A stretch of 64,000 nucleotides of DNA from Candidatus Omnitrophota bacterium (GTDB lineage Bacteria; Omnitrophota; Gorgyraeia; Pluralincolimonadales; Pluralincolimonadaceae): positions 142,558-206,557 of the forward strand of contig PLNR01000006.1 in the NCBI GenBank assembly GCA_003141835.1. The letters run 5' to 3'. The stretch's first letter is position 1. Each line of letters begins with the position of its first letter. Shown in pieces: positions 10,071-18,373 of the stretch. A program made the position numbers and the translations under genes. Below the pieces are notes generated by a model. That model saw only the letters and a list, made by a program, of their open reading frames with translations, searched no databases and was not told where the DNA came from.

Positions 10071-10421
10071 TCACCTCCCCCATGCTATACCGGTGCAAAC
10101 AAAATCACGCAATCTTATATTCTCTTTTACAGGCACAGCCTCAAGTTTAATAGTAAAACCGACATAACGCAAGACCTTTTCCAGCGTCTCCATACTGCTG
10201 AATTCACCATTCTCGATCTTCGATATATGTTGTTGGGTAACACTGATCTTCTTCGCCAGTTGTCCCTGCGTGAGTTTGTGGTCGATGCGGTAGCGGATGA
10301 TGGGTATAACAATCTTTAATTTTTGCTGGCTTATCTCCCACCGCTTCCTGAAATCCGGATTTTTCTTCAGCTCCTCGATATGCTCATTAACACTCATTCC
10401 TAAATGAATATTTCTTTTCAT
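10071..10421 (-). CDS. XRE-family HTH antitoxin (HigA-like)
   Basis: LTQGQLAKKISVTQQHISKIENGE; overlaps the toxin stop. Confidence 0.85.
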   Translation of the reverse strand: MKRNIHLGMSVNEHIEELKKNPDFRKRWEISQQKLKIVIPIIRYRIDHKLTQGQLAKKISVTQQHISKIENGEFSSMETLEKVLRYVGFTIKLEAVPVKENIRLRDFVCTGIAWGR

Positions 10422-10774
10422 ATTCCCTCCCTTTGGCTACTAATAGATATCTTACGTCTTTGTCTGGCCAATGAAATTTCTTTAAGTGGCATTTTTGCGC
10501 TCTTCTTGACAAACGCGTTTGTCATAATGGCTCTGTTCTCCCAAAAGAAATATAATATTCTGATTGTGCCAGCTTCGCTTTGAAATCTTAATTCGAATAT
10601 ATCATCGCCGATATATTTTGAATACGGTTGTTTTAACTCCCTTCCTAATTCTTCGAGCAATCTTTGAATATAAGCAAATTTATCCTGTGTTTTTGATTCA
10701 AACGACTCTATGAATTCCTTTACCGGCATCCTTCCTGAACTTAAACTGTAATAGAAACAGTTAAATCTTCCCAC
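10418..10774 (-). CDS. RelE/ParE-superfamily toxin (HigB/Gp49-like)
   Basis: GRMPVKEFI..PYSKYIGDDIFELR..RILYFF..FVKKSAK. Start reassigned to GTG 10774 after AAGGAGG, because the track start at 10816 is the TTGACA -35 box. Confidence 0.85.
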   Translation of the reverse strand: MGRFNCFYYSLSSGRMPVKEFIESFESKTQDKFAYIQRLLEELGRELKQPYSKYIGDDIFELRFQSEAGTIRILYFFWENRAIMTNAFVKKSAKMPLKEISLARQRRKISISSQREGI

Positions 10775-10787
10775 TCTCGCCTCCTTA

Positions 10788-10816
10788 ACTTTACAACCAT
10801 TTAGTTGTATTGTCAA
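10788..10816 (-). promoter_or_regulatory. Sigma70 promoter (TTGACA-N17-TAAAGT) with the palindrome TACAAC-N6-GTTGTA across the spacer and -10 edge; probable toxin-antitoxin auto-operator
   Basis: Minus strand TTGACAATACAACTAAATGGTTGTAAAGT. Confidence 0.65.
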
Positions 10817-10842
10817 TACGTCTTTTTACTGCCCTTATTGTA

Positions 10843-10872
10843 ATAGACGTATAAAGAAGGCATTTTCTTTCA
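10843..10872 (-). promoter_or_regulatory. ECF-type promoter-like motif, copy 2
   Basis: TGAAAGAAAATGCCTTCTTTATACGTCTAT. Confidence 0.65.
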
Positions 10873-10908
10873 AAATTATTTTTATAAGGGCGTGGATGGA
10901 GGACTGCC

Positions 10909-12120
10909 CTAAACTTGGTATTCTTCGCCGTCAGTTAGGATTTTGACGTTCTGGAATAGTTTGGGATATCTCTCGGCTTCAAAGGTATGGATGGGGATAA
11001 GGACGCGGGGATTAAGGGCCTTGGCGAAGGCCTGGAGGTCCTCGATGATAGCGTGGCCGCTGGTATGTACCGGCTCGATTATCAGACCCTCGCGCTCACA
11101 ATATGCTTTGAATTCATCGGTCAGATATCCCTGCCACATCGAATAAATTATCTTGGCGCCGCGCGCGCCATCGAGTTCCTTCACCGCGATCGGGAAAAAG
11201 GAATTATCGCGCGCCAGCATAAGTATCCTGTTTTTCATGCGGGCGATCTCGAATAGATCGATCTTTCGCTTGTTATAGACAAAAAGCAAATCCCTGTACC
11301 CGGCGCTTTCTAAACATTTGGCATGGTACCCAAGGAATTTTACCCTGATATTCTTCCAATTAAACTGCGGTATATTTTTAGACACCTTTCTCAGCTTATC
11401 CAATATAAACGCGGTATAAAGGTCTATCACGAATACCGAATCCGTCTTCAAGCATGCCCTGTAAGCCGAAACGATCCTGTCGATGTTCTGGGACGAGGCA
11501 AATAGAAAGGTGATCTCCTTCCTCTCTTCCAATATCCGGGCGATCCGCGCCTCGACCTCTTTCTCGTCTTTATACTCCTGCGCGCCCCTGCCGAGCATCG
11601 AGCCCTCCATTATCAGGCAATCAATATCCTTCGGCGGGGCTTCTAACATCATCTTGAATAACGCGCTCTTCCTCCCGTGGCCGCGGAAATCGCCGGAATA
11701 GAATATCCTCTTGCCTTCGCCCTCCACAAGGAAAGTAAGCGCGTCAAACGCGGAATGGTCGACCTGATACGGCGTCACCGTCATGTCCCCAACGACAAAA
11801 GGCTTTTTTGGCTTTACGATGCGCGTGTTTATCTTGCCGGTCTTGTTCGGCGTGAATATATTGGACACCTCTATCAGCTCTTTTGCCCCCTGGCTCATAT
11901 AAACGGGGATATCCGGATGGATGTGGCCCAGCAAGCCATAATGGTCCATGTGGGAATGTGAGATAAGTACGGCATCCGGGAGGATTTTGGGATAGGATGG
12001 CTTTTCGATCTCTTCGTCCAGCGGCTGGCCGAAATCTATCAGGAGCCGCGTTTTATCTGTCTTTAACTCGACGCAGCTACCGCCGATTTCCTGAGTGCCG
12101 CGGTGGATTGTTACTTGCAC
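10909..12120 (-). CDS. MBL-fold/beta-CASP metallo-hydrolase (RNase J-like, short form)
   Basis: EIGGSC, HSHMDH, DHSAFD, SGDFRGHG, HTSGHA, IPIH; GTG start overlaps the upstream TAG. Confidence 0.85.
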   Translation of the reverse strand: MQVTIHRGTQEIGGSCVELKTDKTRLLIDFGQPLDEEIEKPSYPKILPDAVLISHSHMDHYGLLGHIHPDIPVYMSQGAKELIEVSNIFTPNKTGKINTRIVKPKKPFVVGDMTVTPYQVDHSAFDALTFLVEGEGKRIFYSGDFRGHGRKSALFKMMLEAPPKDIDCLIMEGSMLGRGAQEYKDEKEVEARIARILEERKEITFLFASSQNIDRIVSAYRACLKTDSVFVIDLYTAFILDKLRKVSKNIPQFNWKNIRVKFLGYHAKCLESAGYRDLLFVYNKRKIDLFEIARMKNRILMLARDNSFFPIAVKELDGARGAKIIYSMWQGYLTDEFKAYCEREGLIIEPVHTSGHAIIEDLQAFAKALNPRVLIPIHTFEAERYPKLFQNVKILTDGEEYQV

Positions 12121-12965
12121 TATTTAATCCTGCTAAAATCAATCTCGTTTTTTATATGTAATATTTTTATCTCGGGATGCTTTTTCTTAAGCCCATTTAT
12201 GCTCTGCTCAGCCAAACCTGAATACCCCCCAACGACAACAATTCCCAAAACACCTTCGACAATATCGATCTCCAAACCGTCTGGCAACAGCCCGAGTCCC
12301 CGCTTCTGTAATGCATTCTTTACGTAACACTCCTTATACTGCTGAAAGTTCTTTGTAATACGCTCAATATAGCCGCTAAGTTGCGTAAAGACCTCTTCCT
12401 TCAATTCCAAATTATTTCCCAGCTTAACTTCCAAGACGCAGAACTGATATTTGCCTGCATTATTCCTCTTGAGCGCAAGAAGATCCATCTTAGTAGAGCT
12501 GTCCCGGTCAACAACCTGCCGGTCGATTATTATCAAATCATCTCTGTTAGAATTGTCGGTCAAGATCATTTGCTCGAAAACGATCTCCTCTTGAAACTGA
12601 ACTTCTTTAACCTTTTGTCCCATCAATAATAAATTTCTCGTGCTAAAAAAGGAATGCAATTTCTTATGCCCAACGGTGAATAAATAGTACTCCTTCTCCA
12701 TAGCGTTCTTGAACCGTTTAACCGCAGGGCCCATACCTTCTACAAATTTACGATGGATTCTGATTTCGTACAGATTTTTTGACTTACGGTAGGATATTTT
12801 CCCAAGGCTGTTGCCTTTATAATAAAGATTTAGGTAATCGTCGCGTATCTGCAAACCATACTCAAAACCAGATTGCTTGATCTTATTAATCAAGAAGTCG
12901 AAATCCCTCTTCACGGCCTCGTATGTTTCCTGAGATAGATATCGGCTTATAACTTTATTTTTCAT
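12120..12965 (-). CDS. Uncharacterised protein with a PD-(D/E)XK (NucS-like) nuclease motif set
   Basis: EIVFEQ..DRQ..MDLLAL..LEVKLG..QLSGY; N-terminal IRDDYLNLYYKG. Confidence 0.6.
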   Translation of the reverse strand: MKNKVISRYLSQETYEAVKRDFDFLINKIKQSGFEYGLQIRDDYLNLYYKGNSLGKISYRKSKNLYEIRIHRKFVEGMGPAVKRFKNAMEKEYYLFTVGHKKLHSFFSTRNLLLMGQKVKEVQFQEEIVFEQMILTDNSNRDDLIIIDRQVVDRDSSTKMDLLALKRNNAGKYQFCVLEVKLGNNLELKEEVFTQLSGYIERITKNFQQYKECYVKNALQKRGLGLLPDGLEIDIVEGVLGIVVVGGYSGLAEQSINGLKKKHPEIKILHIKNEIDFSRIK

Positions 12966-12990
12966 TTTAGGTTTCCTGCGAACCTTTTAT

Positions 12991-13031
12991 TTGGGGACAC
13001 TCTGCAGCCTGTCCCTTTTTGACACGCCCCT
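12991..13031. repeat. Degenerate GGGGAC-type palindromic element at a cassette junction
   Basis: TTGGGGACACTCTGCAGCCTGTCCCTTTTTGACACGCCCCT; related to 15427-15482, 15514-15568 and the arms of 21239-21320. Confidence 0.75.
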
Positions 13032-13101
13032 ATTACCTACTATTACCTATTACTTCTTCGTGATTTTGCCTTTTTTACGCCCATAAAATAGCAACCTTAG
13101 G

Positions 13102-13989
13102 TTATACAAATAATGTAAAACAATGTTTATTTTTGATTTTGGGTAAGATACAATTCTCGCTGGATATTAATAATTCCTTACCGATGCTAGCTTTATGAAT
13201 AGAATATCTTATTTTAAGATTATTCCGCTGAACGCCTTTGTAAATATTCTTAATAAATGCTATGTTATCATATGAAAGAACCCATTTTAGATCGCTATTT
13301 TCTTTCAAATAATTGCTTAGTCTTTCGTGTTCTTGGGCCTCCATGTAATATTTATATAAATCTCTTCCCTTTTGATAATACGGAGGATCCAAATATATTA
13401 AATAATTTGATTTATCAGGACTTTTTAACGCTAAGTAAGTTTTTAAAAAATCGACTCCATCCTTATTAAATAGCTCAATTTTACTTTTATATTTTGATAT
13501 CAGTTCGATTCTTTTAATTAAATTTATTTTATTAAACCTTGCGTCAATCTTCCATTCGCCATCCTGCTTCATGCCACCTACTGGACCTGACGATAGTATT
13601 CCAGAACGGTTGCAACGATTTAGATAGAAGCTAGCAAACCCAACATCAATATCTGAACCATGTTTTATAAATTCTTTGTCCTTCAATAAATCTCTTTGTA
13701 TTTTCCACTCGCTAATTTTAACAGGTGTAGAAATTACGCGCGCAATAAAACCATCTGTTTGATTTAAAACTGCTTTCCAGAATTTATATATTCGTTCATC
13801 CAAATCGTTAAGTACGATTTTGTCAACGAACCCTTTCGTCAACAAATTTAAAGCTGCGCCAGCTCCTCCAGCAAAAGGTTCAATATACGCTACGTTGACT
13901 AATTCATTGCTTTGGATCACTTTATTTAAATATTTCCACAAAGCTGTTTTTCCGCCGGGGTATCTCAAGGGACTTATATGATTATCCAT
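13102..13989 (-). CDS. DNA adenine methyltransferase, D12/Dam family
   Basis: SPLRYPGGK, EPFAGGA, LNDLD, YLDPPYY; low GC. Confidence 0.92.
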   Translation of the reverse strand: MDNHISPLRYPGGKTALWKYLNKVIQSNELVNVAYIEPFAGGAGAALNLLTKGFVDKIVLNDLDERIYKFWKAVLNQTDGFIARVISTPVKISEWKIQRDLLKDKEFIKHGSDIDVGFASFYLNRCNRSGILSSGPVGGMKQDGEWKIDARFNKINLIKRIELISKYKSKIELFNKDGVDFLKTYLALKSPDKSNYLIYLDPPYYQKGRDLYKYYMEAQEHERLSNYLKENSDLKWVLSYDNIAFIKNIYKGVQRNNLKIRYSIHKASIGKELLISSENCILPKIKNKHCFTLFV

Positions 13990-15374
13990 TATTCGTTCTT
14001 TTTTAGAACATGTCTCAAATATTCAGATAATTTTTTCCACTTATCTGAAAGCACTGTTCTGTCAGGTATATAACTAGCGTTATGTACGAAAGAGTTCAAA
14101 TCGTCCAATATTGGTTCTTTTCCTTTAAAATCGACATATTTTTTAAGCGCTTTCTTAATTTGCGGATCCATCGCTATATCATTTTCACTAAGCCAAAGTA
14201 GCATTCCCTTAAGTGAGGGCCACGTATCTGGTAAACTTTTCCCGCTTTTTAACTTAGTTTCATCGCGGTTTTTATATTTTTTTAATTCCCCGCTTCTCTC
14301 CATGTAAATATACGTGCCCAATTCTACTAATAGTCTAAAAGTTACCGCATGGGCATTTGGATATGTTTTAGGGTTGAGCCCGTGCAGTTCTCTAAATATA
14401 TCTTTGATTCGCTCATTATTGATTTCACATATAATCGCATCTGGGATAATCGACTTAAACTGAAGTGTTTTAGGTATTTGGTTTTTTATGGCGGATTTTT
14501 TGAAATCTCCAGGATTTGAAAGATAATCTTCTATTGCATCTGCTGTACTTAAATTTCTTGAATTGACTTCTTTATTGGCAATATCCTCAACAATCTGTTT
14601 TAACTTTATATCAGTCTTTTTCTCATTTTCTATAAACTCAATATTTCCATTATCGTTGTAAGTAACTTTTAGATAATCTTTACCTGGCTTGCTTTGAACA
14701 ACTCTATCTAGGGTAGTAAATTCAAATTTTTCTTTTTCGTTTCCGTTTTCTAGACTTAATAATTGATCTTTAATTTTTTTCGAAATAGGTAGTTTGTGTG
14801 CTCTCTGAATGAAGTTGTAACTTACAATTAATTTTTTTATTTTATTAGCTTTGACACCAACGGATAGCGATAAATTATTGATTGTTTCTCCATCTCTAAT
14901 ACGCCGGTAATAAAATATGGCTTGATTTATCGGCAGCCACTTTTTAATAGGTATTTCTGTATGTCTACCTGCAATAATATAATCAGCATCTTTCCTGCTT
15001 GGAGCAAGTACCCCGTTTATTTTTTTAATACTACCTGATTTAGCATTTTTTGCAATTGCCTTAAATCGTTTTTGGTACTTATCAGGTGCGATGCTGGGAT
15101 TCAAAAGAAGCTTGCATGCTGCAAGCCGCCTATTTCCTTCTAATACATATAGTTTTCCTTCTATATCACAAACTATTATAACCTCTGTTGGTAAAAAACC
15201 TCTTTCTGCTATTCTTAACGATAGATCTATAATATTCTCATATTTAATTAGCTCTTCAAGAATGTTTTCTTCTGATAACTCTTCTAAATTAGCAAATCGC
15301 GGGTTTTCAGGGTCTAGTAACAAATTCTCTACATCATACTTATCTATCTTCCAATCCGAATAATTTGTTGGCAT
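13989..15374 (-). CDS. ParB/Srx-like N-terminal domain protein with a C-terminal helical, possibly HEPN-like, domain
   Basis: LLLDPENPRF, VLEGNRRLAACK; C-terminal FRLLVE..LNSFVHN; TAATG coupling to the MTase. Confidence 0.75.
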   Translation of the reverse strand: MPTNYSDWKIDKYDVENLLLDPENPRFANLEELSEENILEELIKYENIIDLSLRIAERGFLPTEVIIVCDIEGKLYVLEGNRRLAACKLLLNPSIAPDKYQKRFKAIAKNAKSGSIKKINGVLAPSRKDADYIIAGRHTEIPIKKWLPINQAIFYYRRIRDGETINNLSLSVGVKANKIKKLIVSYNFIQRAHKLPISKKIKDQLLSLENGNEKEKFEFTTLDRVVQSKPGKDYLKVTYNDNGNIEFIENEKKTDIKLKQIVEDIANKEVNSRNLSTADAIEDYLSNPGDFKKSAIKNQIPKTLQFKSIIPDAIICEINNERIKDIFRELHGLNPKTYPNAHAVTFRLLVELGTYIYMERSGELKKYKNRDETKLKSGKSLPDTWPSLKGMLLWLSENDIAMDPQIKKALKKYVDFKGKEPILDDLNSFVHNASYIPDRTVLSDKWKKLSEYLRHVLKKNE

Positions 15375-15426
15375 TTAAACCTCCTCAAGTAATAAAATAT
15401 CTTCCGCCCTTATTTGAAATTTAACT

Positions 15427-15568
15427 AGGGGGACGCATACCTTATGACACTGTGCAACCTGTCCCTTTTTGAAGAGTCCTCTATTCTACTTCTATTATTT
15501 GCTATGGGAACTTCGGGGACGTGTCATTTTGGGGCACCCTGCAATCTATTTCTTTTTGACACGTCACT
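15427..15568. repeat. Two degenerate GGGGAC-type elements between the ParB-Dam and R-M cassettes
   Basis: GGGGGACG..GACACTGTGCAACCTGTCCCTTTTTGAAGAGTCCTCT and GGGGACGTGTCA..GGCACCCTGCAATC..CTTTTTGACACGTCACT. Confidence 0.7.
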
Positions 15569-15619
15569 AATATTTTGAATTGATCTGCTCAGAGCTTATC
15601 TAGATTGGAGTATTAGTAA

Positions 15620-16561
15620 TCAAATGCCTTTCAAAAGCTTAGAAAATCCTGCGGTATTAACGAAATAATTGCTCTTATTCTTTTTAAGATATTTATATAT
15701 ATCTTTTTTTGCTTTTGACATCTTATTGTCTGTTGATGCTTCAATTAGTTCGTTAAACATAATTCCATCCAAAAATGCTACATACGAAACATTTTTGTCT
15801 GTGTATTTCAATAAATCCACTATTTCTACAATTGCACCGTATTGCCCTCCACCGCCACCTTTTTTATGTTTATGCTCAACAACATACATATTAGGCCCTT
15901 TTTGAATATAACAATCTGGCATCTTACCTTGTTTTGATTTACTCCATTCAAATTTAATATTACGTTTGTTACAAATGTCTTTAAAATATTTTTTCTCTCC
16001 TTTATCAGGCAATAAATAAAACGAATCCTTTTTGATATCATCGCTTCTTTTATATCTTTTGAAACCTTCCCGCTCAACAAGCATAATAATCTTATTTGCT
16101 CCTGTTGAGCCCCCTCTTTTATGCGAATAATTGTCAGATAGTACTTGTAAAACAATATTAGAATATCCATGAGATGAATACATCGAATGCCTATCCTTAA
16201 TATATTTAATTAACAATTCCCGTAGTAATTTTTTTCTTTCTTGTTCTTTTTCGGCACGCAGTACAGAATATGGCATATCCCATACCATTAAATATTGCGA
16301 GAATGCCGTATAATTCATATGATGTATTTTGAATAATATTGAATCAATCTCCCTGATAATTTCATCATCCTGCTTCTTGGTGAGCTTACCATCCAAAGTA
16401 TGGTACGTTGTTATTAGATCAATTAACCTTTCATTGCTATTAATAATCTTGTTTTTATCTTTTGCGTTTTTCGTTATTACAATAATTTCTTTTTTATTAG
16501 CATCATCAAAAATCTGCTCTCTATTCTTTAACGAGTATTCGAATAAGAGGATGTTGTCCAT
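15620..16561 (-). CDS. Putative type II restriction endonuclease
   Basis: MPD..VVEHKHKKGGGGGQ PD-(D/E)XK motif; overlaps the MTase 3' end; AT-rich. Confidence 0.7.
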   Translation of the reverse strand: MDNILLFEYSLKNREQIFDDANKKEIIVITKNAKDKNKIINSNERLIDLITTYHTLDGKLTKKQDDEIIREIDSILFKIHHMNYTAFSQYLMVWDMPYSVLRAEKEQERKKLLRELLIKYIKDRHSMYSSHGYSNIVLQVLSDNYSHKRGGSTGANKIIMLVEREGFKRYKRSDDIKKDSFYLLPDKGEKKYFKDICNKRNIKFEWSKSKQGKMPDCYIQKGPNMYVVEHKHKKGGGGGQYGAIVEIVDLLKYTDKNVSYVAFLDGIMFNELIEASTDNKMSKAKKDIYKYLKKNKSNYFVNTAGFSKLLKGI

Positions 16562-17613
16562 AATAATTCTTCTCCATAAATATTATTATACGCATTTTCG
16601 AGTATGGCCCTTGCAGTTTCATAATCTAGGCGCCTTCTTCTGCAACCATTTTTCATATTTCCTTTAAAGGGCGACAAAAGCACATCATTCGTTTTGTCTC
16701 TATAATCTGTAAGAATGTTATTGCATTTCTCCAAAAACAATTCTAGCTTATCATGCTTTAATTTATCCAATTTAATTATTGTTATTAGCCTAGAGCTTAT
16801 CTTAATCCCCTTTAAATCATAATCAAGTTCTTCCTTTTTCATGAATTTTATCATGGATTTAGGATTTGTTGTGTCGACCGCTCTTAAGGCAATATTTCCA
16901 CTAGTATCATTAAAAAATATCCTAAGGTATTTTGCGGGCCTTAATCTCAATTTTTCATAATAGTCCAGATTATTTAAATATTTATCATTTTTATACACCT
17001 TGATTTCCGAATATTCTTTTGCTCTGCCATCAAAGCAAAGAACACATACCGGCGTCTCTGTATCATCAAAACAATTTTCTTCTATTATAGTAATCGAATT
17101 TAATCGATATTTATGCTTAAAATTACTATTTATGAAAGTCTCTGGAACAATTGCTACAACGTATTCTTGCGCTTGCAGCATTTTTTCAAGTGCAATTAAA
17201 TATAAATCGCCATATTCAGAACTAATAAAATAATTTTCAGTACTATCATAGATACCTTTTCTTTTAGCACTATAATTACTTAGGTAGGGCGGATTTGTAA
17301 TTATTATGGCATTTTTTCTTGTGGGAATTTTTAATAAACTATCATTCACTGGGAAATTCTTTTTAGAGTCTATGTCCAAACCAAACGCTTTGGTAATTCC
17401 GAAATTATCGGAGAGTTTTAACAAATCGCCGTCTCCAGCATATGGATCATAAATCTCACTACAACCGCTGGATATCACGAATTCTTTAATATGAGTTTTT
17501 AGCCATTTATCTTTTTTAGTAAAATATTGTCCTAATATTTTTTGGTTCATATAATGCCTCTGACAATATTGCGTTTTTTCGTCTCTAACATGGACTTTTA
17601 TCTCGCTTGTCAT
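16528..17613 (-). CDS. N6-adenine DNA methyltransferase (gamma class)
   Basis: LGQYFT, DPYAGDGDL, ITNPPY; alternative start at 17550. Confidence 0.88.
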   Translation of the reverse strand: MTSEIKVHVRDEKTQYCQRHYMNQKILGQYFTKKDKWLKTHIKEFVISSGCSEIYDPYAGDGDLLKLSDNFGITKAFGLDIDSKKNFPVNDSLLKIPTRKNAIIITNPPYLSNYSAKRKGIYDSTENYFISSEYGDLYLIALEKMLQAQEYVVAIVPETFINSNFKHKYRLNSITIIEENCFDDTETPVCVLCFDGRAKEYSEIKVYKNDKYLNNLDYYEKLRLRPAKYLRIFFNDTSGNIALRAVDTTNPKSMIKFMKKEELDYDLKGIKISSRLITIIKLDKLKHDKLELFLEKCNNILTDYRDKTNDVLLSPFKGNMKNGCRRRRLDYETARAILENAYNNIYGEELLWTTSSYSNTR

Positions 17614-17674
17614 GTGTATTTTAACACCTCCCTATTCATGCGTCAATGCAAGGTTTCTTTGCTTCCTTACCTAT

Positions 17675-17704
17675 ATAGACGCAAGTTAGGAAGATTTTCT
17701 TTCA
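17675..17704 (-). promoter_or_regulatory. ECF-type promoter-like motif, copy 3, followed by a sigma70 promoter TTGACG-N17-TAAAAT
   Basis: TGAAAGAAAATCTTCCTAACTTGCGTCTAT. Confidence 0.65.
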
Positions 17705-17728
17705 ACTATTTTTTAGAGTTTCCCCTAT

Positions 17729-17764
17729 AACTCCTCACCTTTCATCGGCGTTGCACTCGGGTCC
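17729..17764. repeat. Imperfect 36-bp duplicate of the NYN gene 3' end (18005-18040)
   Basis: 31/36 identical by eye, with an exact 17-nt core TTTCATCGGCGTTGCAC. Confidence 0.8.
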
Positions 17765-17992
17765 CTAATAATTAAAAATATCTTTAATAGCAAAATTATC
17801 TTCCGGCTTTAGCGCGCGAAGGGCATTCAGAATCTTATGTTGGATATTAAGGGTTAATCGCCTTCCCTTGCGCCCCTTTTGCACCATCTTATGCGACAAC
17901 TGCTCAGTGGAAATCTTAACAAGGTCAGAGTTTGAAAAACCTAGCCGCACCATGATCCTGTCAAGCGGCTGGATGCCTAATTCTTCCTTCAT
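17765..17992 (-). CDS. Small basic HTH-like hypothetical protein
   Basis: GIQPLDRIM..STEQLSHKMVQKGRKGRRLT; ATGA overlap with NYN. Confidence 0.7.
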   Translation of the reverse strand: MKEELGIQPLDRIMVRLGFSNSDLVKISTEQLSHKMVQKGRKGRRLTLNIQHKILNALRALKPEDNFAIKDIFNY

Positions 17993-18360
17993 ATTTTACT
18001 CCAAAACTCCTCGCATTTCATCGGCGTTGCACGCGCATCCTTCGCATAAAAATACAGCGAGCGGTCGGAGGAGACGACACGCAGGTTGCGGCGCTGGCGC
18101 GGCGGGATCTGGTCGATGTGTTTCTTTATGTAAGAGTCGGCGTTCCGGGCCGCGACGATATGCAGTTTCGCCGTGCTCCTGTTCGGTATATCGAGATATT
18201 CATTCTTGCTGTCGAATACAAGGGTGATGGGGTCGGCGTGGGTCTCCTGGAACTTCTCCAGGATAGCGATCAGGTGCATGGCGCCGGCCAGGGCGTCGTC
18301 ATGATCTATCCCTGAGCCTTCGTGGCGGACCATGTTCCAACCGTCTATAAGTATAGGCAT
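17989..18360 (-). CDS. NYN/PIN domain protein (YacP/Rae1-like)
   Basis: LIDGWN, LVFDS, ADSYI, VVSSDR. Confidence 0.85.
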   Translation of the reverse strand: MPILIDGWNMVRHEGSGIDHDDALAGAMHLIAILEKFQETHADPITLVFDSKNEYLDIPNRSTAKLHIVAARNADSYIKKHIDQIPPRQRRNLRVVSSDRSLYFYAKDARATPMKCEEFWSKI

Positions 18361-18373
18361 GGCTCCCTAGCAC

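Noticed and set aside
8680-10774. Prophage remnant suggested by ORF6N and a Gp49-like toxin
   Set aside because: No structural, terminase, replication or integrase genes; both families occur as stand-alone chromosomal genes.
12991-15568. Classical integron attC sites
   Set aside because: No RYYYAAC/GTTRRRY ends were seen and there is no intI in the window.
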